Source of the DNA: Phoronis australis | Taxonomy: Eukaryota; Animalia; Phoronida | NCBI GenBank assembly: GCA_002633005.1 | Contig: NMRA01000077.1 | Coordinates: forward strand, 1,021,193-1,077,996 | Reading direction: 5' to 3' | Length of the DNA stretch: 56,804 nt | Part shown: positions 24,301 to 36,300 of the stretch, piece after piece | Layout of the letters: each line of letters starts with the position of its first letter | How positions within the stretch are numbered: the stretch's first letter is position 1 | Made by a program: the position numbers and the translations under genes | The notes under the pieces: model-generated | What the model was told of the DNA's origin: nothing | Databases searched by the model: none | What the model saw: only the letters and a program-made list of their open reading frames with translations

Positions 24301-27300
24301 TTAGAGATATATGCCTTATTTGAATCATTGTTATAATTGTACTCCTTTGCCGTGTATGGTTCAGTGGAAGGGAACCTGGCTTCGCGGCCCCCGACAGGTA
24401 AGTAGATTGCAATTTTGCGGTGTTTATATCAAAATATTCGCGTGCACATAATTTCTTTGGTTCACTAGTCTAGTTTTTCGTGACTGGAAGTTTAATATTC
24501 AACTTCGGCAGCCGACTAACTCAGCTGGTTTATGTTCGTGATGTCTCCTGTCCGGCAGCCAGCAATCGATGGGCTTACTCGGGTTCCGAGCCAATGGGTT
24601 AAAACTAGGGTTTTGTGTGTTTAGAACTGAAAAAATTTGCATGTCTGAAATTTCAATATAGTTATGCTCTCCTGTCTGTATTTTGCGGAATAGTAATTCT
24701 GATTTATCATGGAACAGATCCTCTTTAAGTTGGCATACCAAACTTTGTAAGCTACGGTACATTCAAAATTTCTATAAATCTGTAAAAGCGAAATAAATCA
24801 ACTGGTTTGTTGAAAAATTAATGTATTTGTTATAGTTTTGCATTGAAATTTTAATGACTTATTGGTATAAAGCGATGAACTCAAGTGATTAGCTGACACC
24901 AGTAAGCGTGTTGTAAACTACTGAACAGACTGTGTTAGAACCTATGACGTCATTGGTTAATTTCAACACCTCCGTCTGTCGTTTGGAATTACTGTTATCA
25001 AGTGGAACTACTCCGTATAAATTGATACAAATGTTTTTTTTTGGTGGCATTCTCCTTTAATCATATATTTTTCTCTGCAATTTGTAATATGAACTTCTTT
25101 TAGGAAAATGTTGTGTTGATGAGTAATTGGTAAAGGTCTTATTGTAAGTGGCAACTTTTTTCATTATCGTTCTGTTTTTAAGGCACCAAGACTTTTTTAT
25201 GCGCCCACATATAAATATGTAGGCACAAAATGCTGTCATCTCTCTCCGTCTGTCCAGCGTCTGAGGACAGCTGATGATTATCATTTTCAGACAGCTCCAA
25301 CTACAGTGGCTCTTTCTTTTTGTTTTTTTTTGTGTCAATGGCGGTATCTCCTAATCCCTGTGCAGGATCTTTGTTAAATTTGGCAAGTATTTTTTTTCAA
25401 GGTGACAACACGTGAATATGACTTCCAGACGGATCCAACAACTGCTGTCTACCTTAGTGGCACTTCAAATTTTTATTTATTTCTTTCTGTTTTCCTGTGC
25501 ATCCTTGGAGTTCCTGGATGGAATTATATGAAATGTGATTACCGGGTAATAAATTTCTGTTAAAGAGGCGATGATATCTTTTAGTTTTCAGATGAATTTG
25601 ACGAGATGCACACCACCCAGTAGCCCATTTATACGCCCACATATTTATATGTGGACTCATTATGCCGTCATCTCTGTCCGGCATCCGTCCGTCCAGCGTT
25701 CGGTGCTCTATCTCCAAAACCGTTTGACGTGCATTCTTATATGTTCCTTTCATGGATGGTACGGCATGAGTGATTATAGTTTTTTACTCTTACCTCTATA
25801 TCTTCAAAGGTCCTCAACATATTTTCATAAAATTTGGCATATGGGCATCTATTAATGAGATGACGCTATCCTCCCGTTTTCGGATGGATTCAACGTAGTG
25901 GTCATTTGTGCTGTTTTCAAGTCTGTTTTTTGGCATCTACCACTCTATCAACCAAACCGCTCTAAGGATGATTGAGAAAATTGACATGTATATTCTTACT
26001 ATGAAGAGGACGACTGACAATGATTTTCTGATGATTTCAACTAATGTGGCGCCTCGTATTGGCAGTTTTGTTATTTTTGTGCCCATGGCTGTATCTCCTA
26101 ACCCGTTGAGAGGATCTTTACTAAATTTAGTTGGTGTTTTTATATAATGTTGACAATGGATGACTACCAGTGTGCCTCCTAGTGGCAATTTTAATTTTTT
26201 ACGTTTTTCCTCTGTATCTTCAAAGGTTCGCTGTGGATTTTCATAAAAATTTGGAATATAGGCATCTATTGGTGAGATGATGCTATCCTCCCGTTTTCAG
26301 ATGGAATCAAGGTACTTTGCACCACCTAATGGCCATTTTTCCTGTTTTCGAGTTTTTTGGCTTCCTCCCCTTGATCAACCAAACCATTCCTATTATGATT
26401 TTGAGAATTGGGGTGTATGTGCTCAGTGTGAAGAGCACGGTTGACCATAACGAATTCGACTACTGTGGCACCTCCTAGTGGTAGAATTGTTTTGCGCCCT
26501 TAGCTGCATCTCCTAAACACACCGCAGGATTTTTGTCAAATTAGGAATTGTATCTATATAAAACAATAGACGACGTCGTTTAGGCATATGCAATAAACTC
26601 TGTGCCCCATTATGGCAATTTCATTTTTTTTATTTCCTTTTGTTTCTCTGAAGTTGGTTAAATTTCTTTCTACTAAAGAAGCGATGACATGTTCTCATTT
26701 TCAGATGAATTGGACATTTTTGCACCATCTAATGGCTATTTTTATGAAATAAATAAACAACCCTAAAAGCAAGGTGTATGCCCCCTAGTGGCCGTTTTTT
26801 CTATGTTTTAATCTGTTTTTGGTGACTATCTCTATTGGCCAAGGCACTTTAAGAATCATGAAAATTGGTAAATTTGTTCCTAGTGGGAAGATCATTGTTG
26901 ACACGCTTTTTGTATATTCAAACCAATGAAGTAGAAAGGTAATCGCTAGCACTACTTTCTCAACAGTGGTAGATGTTATTACACCAAAGTTGGTTTTCTC
27001 TGGCATTTGCACAGTTACAGCCTGAAATGTCGATAGTACAGTTTTGGTTTGATACATTTTAGATATTGCCAAAAAATAAAACTTGGCAACTTTGGTTCAT
27101 CTTGACAAATGGCCACTATTCCCAAGTGACCGTTGGCTTTAAATATGTTACAAACTGGTTTTCATCATTTTATTTTTAATGTTCCAGTTTAGTTTGTTTT
27201 GTTTGCTGCCGGGTTGCTTTCTTTTGATTTTATTTTTAAGCTTGAAGTGCCAAAACAGAGGCAGATTTTGATGGTCTGTGTAACGTAGGAATCCGCTCTC

Positions 27301-30300
27301 ACCCACTGATCCACCTCATCTACTGATTGAATTTTCTCACTGACATTAAACCTAGCCGTATTTTATCCCCAGCTGATTGCCGTCATTTTCACAATCTTGC
27401 GAATATCAGTTTTTGGGTAGCGTGCTACTTCTCGAATAAAATAGTTCGACATCTGTGCTGTCTTAAAAGCTATTGGCATCTAATTTGGTCACCGTATGTT
27501 GTTTTCATTTGTCGTGGTGTAGTTTAGTTGTATACCATTTGAATAAACCATTTGATATCGTTAATTATGATCAGCGTTTTTAAATCCTCCAAGTATATCA
27601 ATATGCACAGTCATTTCTTTTCAATCTGTAGCCATTGTTTGTGATTTGTAGCTCATTGGTTTACCAATTTTTATAAATCAGAAACCAAAACTGTTTTTTC
27701 CTGCTATATACCGTCGTAATGCTTATTTTTGATAAAAATTGTTGGTTTATGCATTTTGAAATTTAGCCAGTATGTGCTGGCACATATGTTTCCTTATTTG
27801 CCACTTAATTGGGCCCCACTCGCACTGGACAATGCAGTCATCAGAACTGTGTCCGACTCTGGCGCTGTGCTCTCTTTGATCCTCAGAGCACAGGTGAAAA
27901 TTCCAGCATATCTTTAGAAATAGGTGTTTTCCTTGTAAGAAAATTATTCACGGTGTGTTTTGCTTGTAAAAAAATATTCACAGCCTGGTGTATTTCTATG
28001 AACACGACAACAGATGACGACGTTTGGACGTACTTGACTACCACTGAGCTCTGTGCTCCCAGTGCCAGTTTTAATTTTTTAGGGCTTAGCAAAATTAGTG
28101 TGTTCCTGTTGAGGACGGATTTGATGACTTGCTATGCACTCCTTGGAGCTATTTTAAGTTTAGTAGCATAACTGCATTTAGTGAGAATGTTTAAAGTAGT
28201 AATCATCCTCGTATCTGTGCTATATGTGATGGACACGGTGGGCGCATGTGTTACTCTTGTTACTCTTTTCCTTTTTTGCACTTTTCTGCTATCGTTTCCA
28301 CCGCTTTCAATGGCCTGTGTGCACAATGGTTTGTCACAAGTACTATGGGAAGCTGTATTACACTTGAGTGTGTAACACATTTTGTGTACCCATTTACAGT
28401 TTATGGAGATCGAAATGTTTGAGTTTATCTGGTGTTAAAGTATATAAACAGCAAGCCCTATTCAGACCATTTGAGGCAGTCAACACTTGTACAACTTTGT
28501 ATGACACTGCAAGAGTTTAAATTATAATTAATAAAATCTGACAAAAATCTTTACATAACAAAATTTCATGGTGTCAACTAGCTTGATTAATCAAATGACC
28601 AATCTACTTTGTCATTCTATCTTAAAAATTTTGCAACTCAATCTGTAAAGAAACAATTTAATTTGCTTAATAAAGACAATTTCGTAGCTGTAAGTTTAGT
28701 TTCGAACTTTGGCTGGTTTATGCTCATGATGTCTTCAGTCTGCCCGCGATGGGCCTGATTGGGTTCCGAGCCACTGGCTGGGATAGCAAGCGTTGTGTAT
28801 TTAGGACTGAAAAGATCGCAAATCTAAAGTTACAACACACAGCTATGTTCTCCTATCTGTATTTCACGGACGAATGATTTCAATTAATCACCGGACAGAC
28901 CCCAAACTCCCGCAACCAACCTTGGTCAATTGGCATACCGAAATTCAGTTGTTGGCTACGGTTCGTTCAAATACCTGAAATCTGTACCGTAATAGCGAAA
29001 TAAAATAACACATTAATTTTTGTTCAATAAGTAATGTATTAATAAGGGTTATACATCGAATTTTGATGATTTGTTGGTGAAAAACAATGAATTCAAGCGA
29101 TAAGCTGACACCAGTAGGCGTGTTGTGAACTGCTGAACAGATTGCATTCTAACCTCTGACGTCATTGGTTAATTTCAACACCTCCGTCTGCTGTCAGGTG
29201 TCAGGTAAAACAGCTGTACTTGCTGTTATCGAGTAGAACTACTCGATCTAAATTGATACAAATTAGGTTGCTTTTTGGGTGACATTCTCCTTCAAGACAT
29301 GTATAGGTTATATTGATCAAAAGCAAGTTTTCATTGAATAATTAAATGGAAACTCACACTCGCGATGATTTCCCTTTTCTTAGCTTCTGCAATTCATCTC
29401 AGTTTGAGTTTAGAAAGCGAACTCTTGAAAATGTCCAGGTGGATTACAATGAAACTTTCCAGTTTTTATATTTATTCATCAATCTCAAAAACACTGTTAA
29501 ATTTTTTGTTGAAGTCCTAGTTTTATAGTACTGTGCCATAGATCAATATGGCTGCTGTTTTTTTACAAAAATGCCTTATGTTTTGCAAGTTGATTTGGCT
29601 TAGAAATAAAACAAAATGGGTAATCAAAAATTCTTATCAGTGTTTTTGAGAGATATCAGCAAGTTTTCATTTTAAGAATATTTCATTAAAATAGACTAAA
29701 TGGTATTTGTAAGAATAAATTATATTTTTGTAATGCCTGACTTTTTTCTTTCAGAAAGTAATAATTTTACTAGTTGACTCATCCTAGTTTTTCTGGTAAT
29801 TGACATTGAATTAAAGCCACTGTATAACGGCCACTGTATAACGGCCACTGTATAACGGCCACTGTATAACGGCCACAGTATAACAGCCACTGTATAACGG
29901 CCACTGTATAACGGCCACTGTATAACGGCCACTGTATAACGGCCACAGTATAACGGCCACTGTATAACGGCCAAATGACTATGGAACATGATACATATAT
30001 GTATCATTGATCAACACAAACATATCGTCTCTTTGTGTACTGACATTAACTAATTACGCCAATAACTATCGTATGATCCCATCAAAAACCCCATTTAGCG
30101 CCAAAAGAAACTTTATAATAAATAATAATAATACATAACTTTGTTTATACAGGATAAAAACATGTTAAGTGTAAAACTTTAGGTGGTGCTCGTACTAATT
30201 GACACAAATGAAGTCATCATTGTGACCTGTACAGTCCGTTGCCACAGGAAACTCGCAGGTGTCCTCAGCTTCTGATAATCCCCAATACCTTATTTATATG

Positions 30301-33300
30301 TGTATATAATATATATGTTCAAGGTATGACATTCTGGACTAGAAATTCCACGGGTGCTTCACTTTGGCCATCCATAGCAAACACAAAACTCAATAAATGT
30401 ACACAAAACAGAGGTTCAACAAACCATGAGGAATAATTTCTCCCAATACCATCTATGGTGTCCTGCTCCACCGAGTTTGCAAGAAATTTGTGGTCAAAGC
30501 ACAAAAATCTTTCCAAAAAGCCTGTCCGGAGCAACTCCCATGTCCCACACGAAGGTCAAGGACGGTACAGAATTATCCGATGAGTTACGGATGAACGGCA
30601 ATTACCAATTTGTCACGGTATATTACGACATCGATAATGCCATACTTAGCCAGACCATTTTGTAACTATCCATAACTCATGGTATTATGACTACCGTATT
30701 CATCCTAATAACCGTCCAGGTCGCTTAGAAAAAAATCCTTTCACAGAGGGCGCTTATTGTAACCCAAGGCGGTTGAAACCCGGTCTCCGAAACGGATGAT
30801 TTCGGAAGCTAAGATTCATCATATTTACGCTCTGCAACCTATGACAGACTGTCTACAAAATTGTGTTGCATTGCTATCAAGCTTTGCTGTTAAATTAGAT
30901 CATTTTACAGAAAATTGTGCTGAAATCCCAGGGCGAAAACTCGCCGACTGATACAGAACTGCCTCGCAATTGTCGATATGGCAACTTGAATGTTTGAATA
31001 AAAACAGTTTTAACTCAAGCAAATTACCTGAAATCCTGCATATAGTTTCCAAATAGCATCTCTAAGATTTTAAAGTTCCTGTGGAATCAGGATTAATGGC
31101 CGGTTAAGTCCAAATCTGTGCTAGAATGTGCCATCTATAATAGGCCTGCTCGGCAACACGAGAAAAATCACTGGACGAACACAGATGTTGTCACGTGATG
31201 TTTATTTTGAAGTTTGTTTGCTTGTGTGAGTAAGCGAGCGCTTGCATGTCACCAGAGTTTAATTGCCAGAGTAAATGCAATCTAACCAACTATATGTTTA
31301 TTGTATCTCAAAGATTAGCACAAGCAGTAAAAGCAGAACGTGTTTTGTTCAGCACTACGGGTCTCATCTGCTAAAAAAGTTCGATAATTGTCTCCGTAAG
31401 GCCCATATTAGTCGCCGTGTGGCTGGATGCGTACGTGGCTGTTTGAGTTATTTTTGGGTGTAAGGGTGTGTTAGCATTCACGGTCAGTGGTCATTTTATC
31501 GGATATTTGGCTTTAAAAATACCAATTATGATTAATTAAACAATCCATCTTAAAAATAACGCAAAAGTTTTTTATGGTATTAGAATCTGTCGGAAATTAG
31601 TATCAATATTTATTTCTTGCCGATGCTAAGTTACCCGTTCTGAATAGATACTGGTCTCGAAGATGTCTGCGATGACAGGTGTTTATCACTAGCTTCTTGG
31701 CCACGTGGTTTTAACACCAATTTTTTATTAGTTTTCCATTCATGGTTTTTGCATGTACAAAAAAATTGAAATCCTGTTGAGGAAGAAGATATGGAATCTG
31801 TACAGGATAGATTCAATCTTGTTGACGTGCGCTGTGTCTGTTCAAGACCAGATCATAGTGGTACACGTTCCTCACGAGACCAGCAAACTTACGTTCTTTT
31901 TAGAGTACCGCGGAAGTTTGATGTGTATGGTCATGGCTAAATACCAACGTATAGTGGCGACAAGGCTGGTGGTCTAGAAATTCCGCGCACAATGATTTTT
32001 TCAAAACTGCCAGATTTCGTTGACAAGTTACTGTGGAATTTTAGCACTGTAGGTAAGGCATTTTTGGCATGTACACATTCATAGGCTAGGCGCTTACTCC
32101 AACAAAATCTGACAATGCGGGGATGGGGAGGGGGGGGGCCATTCTTGGGACATGGACGGTTATTAGGGCGAATATGGTATTACCTTGTTTTCTATACTTT
32201 GATCAGAATAGAGCTTTTAGGTGTTGTTTTGAGCTTGATAAACCATCTTTCTTGTCTCATTTTGCTTTGACGTTGGCTATTTTTGACCTGATAATGGAGT
32301 GCTAAGCAATTTCCAATTGATTTTTATCCCTGACTTTAAGTTCGTAGCCGTCGTTGAGTTTTGAAGTACACTGATGGGCCTGCATTCAGTTGATACTTAG
32401 CTATCTTGTGATTTTTCTGCATTTTGTAATCTAATAATTGCTGTATTCATGGTAAGGCAGATGAGTTTAAACTCATCATACCCATCACCTGGACAGGTTC
32501 ATCAGAGTGCTTATTGGTATTGCTAATTCTCAAGCCTGGTTTTATGAATATTACATCAAGTCTTAAGATGTGTTTGAGGTCACATGTGAATTAAGTCAAC
32601 AGCAAAATCATTTTTAGCTGAAGTTGGGTAAAAGGAGCTCATGTAATTTTCTTATAGTAACAATTTTTCTTGATATGTTCAATTTGTAAGTCACATTTCC
32701 TCTGCTCCAGAATGTGCCAGTAGGTCTACGGGCTGCTGCTAAACGTGGTCTGGTTGCCATCTTTGCTACACTGACGCGGAAGTGTCCTCCATCCCGCCTG
32801 TCTAAGCAGGATGAAGCCGGCCTCAGTTTGGTTCACTATGCGGCGATGTACAACCGTCCCCAGATAATAGCATTACTTATTCTGCAATCCATGGATGTGA
32901 ATGTGCGACGAAATAACAACATTCTGTCTACAGGTAAATTTTCCTTGGCCATGAGAGTGCTTGCATGTGTCATGAGTTAGAAAATAGTGGAAAATTTTGT
33001 TTACATTTTAACATTTATTAAAAACTGTGTACTAAGTTGGTGAGACATTTTATCGTTTGGTTTCCTATTTTTAATAGCTTGTTGTAACAACTCACATCCT
33101 TTTGAAACAGCATGAACCTTCTTATCTCTTAATGCACAAGCTTGCATTACAGATTTCAGGATATCTTCAATCATCACGGTGGCACCTTATTCAGAAAAAT
33201 GTCTGTGCTGCAATTCTTTCTTTGTGCTTCTGGATAAGACCATTGCATGCAGTACAATATAACCAAATTTCTACAACCCGTTCTTTCCATGGCATGTATT

Positions 33301-36300
33301 TGCCACGTTCTTTGGAGCATCAAACTTGCCACAATTTGGGTATTGTCTATACCATTTGAAACATTGAGTGGGGAAACCATTGGTGTTTAACATCTGAAAA
33401 TTTGGGACACACACAGGGTGTCAAAACATGTACTCGAACTTCAAATGAACTATGTCATTGGCTTAAATTTGTAAAGGTTATCAAGAAGGAATTAAGTCTC
33501 TTAAACCAATTAAAGTAAATGTCTTGTTTGTTAACTTGGGAAGAGAATGGCGTTTTTGAGTTTCCAGTACCACTGGGTGATAAAGTTTTGTTCTCCAAAG
33601 CTGAGTCATTTGTTTGTCATTCCCATGTAGTAGAGCATGCGAGGGCTCACTCACTTTCACAGCAAAGTGTATCCATACAGAGAAATAAAAGAAGAACATA
33701 AAAACAGAAGACAAAAGCAAAAATAAAAGTATAAAATGTAAAAACAGAAGACAAAAAAATAAAAGTATTGCAAGACTTGGATAACATAAAAAGTCAGATT
33801 TATTTCTGTTATGGTCTGTGAGTGTATCAGTGGCGAGTGTTGATATCTTTTGAATCTGTCTGTGGAAATACATTATTCAGTGCTTGATTTGGTGACTTGC
33901 AGGTTGCGAATGCGACCTCTGATTGACAATGTGTTTTGCGCTTCTAAATTGCACAGAGTTGAAATTTAAGACCCTACCCACAACAACACTAGCAAACACA
34001 AAAACCATGGCACAAGTATCATACCTGCGCCCATAACTGCACATGCACACACAGAAAGTACTGTGTAGCCTGGATAGTACCGCACTCCAGTCGTCCCAGA
34101 CCTATGATTGGTCATAAAGTTAGGTTATGGTAATGCATGAGTTGTGGTTTGAGACTATAATTTAGTTCCCAGCTATGGAGCTTGGTTGCGTGTAGAGTTC
34201 AGGGTTGCGAGTAGTGGAATTTGTGTGCTTGCTGGTCCAGGAGTGGCGTTCCGGTTTAGTGAATGAGACCGAGCGGTTGGAATTTAGAGGGGCAAATATC
34301 AAATCGTTTTCATTCTCTGACTGTGAAGTTTATTGACGAGGTCAACATTGAACTTTTCATGGCTGCCTTTCGGGTTGACAAAAGTTTGAACTCTGAACAT
34401 CATTCTTTTTCTTTCTGAAAATTATTGCAGGTGAAAATAAAACGTCAACTTCAAATTTTATTTTAGGGCAGGCACCTGTAGCCACAAAGAATGAAATCAT
34501 TTGGACAAAATGTAATTTCTTGAATGTGTAGATGCTTACAGTACAATGCAGTTTTCATTAATTTACATTAATTGGCATTTCGCTCCTGGTCTTCAAAAAA
34601 GCAATCATTGGAGCTTCTCTGTGTAATCCTTGAGGCTCTACCCGTCATATTCATCTAAAAACTACATTCAGCATCTCATCCTAAATGTCTTTTTGTGACT
34701 TTGAGTCTCAAACTCAGCTGTCGGGTCATTTGCTGGTTCTTCTTTGTAACACCTCACCCTCAGTGTCTCACTTTTTGACATGTTTTGGTGCTGCTGTATC
34801 GGCTCGAAATGACACAAACGGGCGAGAGACCAGTATTGCATCGCTGATTGTGCCATTTTCTTGGCAGTTCTTGTTACGTGCCTGAATTTTTCTGAGCATT
34901 GCAGACACTGGCCTTTTCCTGAGCCAGCCAATCAATTTTCATCTGTAGAAAGGTGAACTTTTGCACTGAATTTAATGTGGTTTATTACAGTTATGGTATC
35001 TCTCAAGCATGACCCTGACTGGCCTGCTGTAGTCTAATAGAAAACATTAGGTACAGAGCTAGAAGTACTGTCGTCACATTTTTCATTTCCCCAAAGAATT
35101 CCTACTTGGAACTAAGTTTTGCTGTATACGCTCTTTTATTGGCAATTGCTCACCATTGAATGGATAAAATTCATCGTCAATCTATTTATTTTATTTATTT
35201 AAACTTCTTTAAAAGACTTGGTGACCACTTCAGTAAATACACTGATTTTCAAGTGTGCCCAGTCGTAAATAATTACATGAACTAAAATACAGACAGCTAT
35301 GTACAATTAGATTGAAAAGATAATAAATAAAAATATAATAAATTAGTATAAAATTAGTTAATATGTACAATTTGATGAATAAGTAACATAAAATAGAGTA
35401 AAATAGTGATTAGCTGAGACCCACAGTAACGAACCACGCACAAAGTCCCAGTACTTCTGTTTGAAGACATGTTTTTAGGTTTAATTGGTACCAGACAGCC
35501 GGAAACACTCGCTCTAGTATTGTAATTGTCAGTATCTCTGACTGCCTTGAATTTAGTTGTAAGGTAATTAGGTGTGAGGCTATGTGTTGCTTAAGTCAGT
35601 GACATTTTGCGCTCACACAAAGTGCTTCATTGTCATTCTTCAAAATTTGTACATGTTTGCGTTGAAGGACACATAGTGACTGGAATATCAGCAGACACAC
35701 GAGTAATTTCTATTGCTAACCCTTTTGAATTAAAATACTTCAAATTGTTATTAGCATGTGTCCATAACTTTAATTTCCTCCAGGACGAGTTTTCGAAATT
35801 AGTGACAAGAAATCCCGGCACTTCATCTGACAGGTTCCACTTTTTCACTAAAATATATTTGTCCCCATCCGCTGGCTCGCTGCTATTCATTTTCCCCAGA
35901 TAGACCACCCACACCCCTTGACCCCCATCTAACCACTACCCCTTGACCTTTGACCCACAACCCCCTTGACCCAGTCTATACACAAGTTCGACTGGAACTG
36001 AACGTAGAACAAGAGCTGACTTGTAGGACCAATCAGTCGGGCCGTTAGCTTGGTTGATTTTTCCCTTTTTATGCGCCCACATATTTATCACTATGTGGAC
36101 GCATTACGCCGTCATCTCCGTCCGTCTGTCCGGTGTCCGTCTGTCCGGCGTCCACTGCTCTATCTCCAAAACCCTTTGACATACGTTCATGAAATTTGGC
36201 ACATATATTTCATTCGTGAATGGTACGGCATGATTGAACTTTCAGACGGATCCGACTACCGGTGTGCCCCTAATGGCAATTTTAGTTTTTTACGCTTACC

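Noticed and set aside
34431-34511. Possible 81-nt phase-1 cassette exon (ttgcAG|GTGAAAAT...AAAT|GTAATT)
   Set aside because: Acceptor plausible but donor weak and peptide unremarkable; unsupported without RNA data
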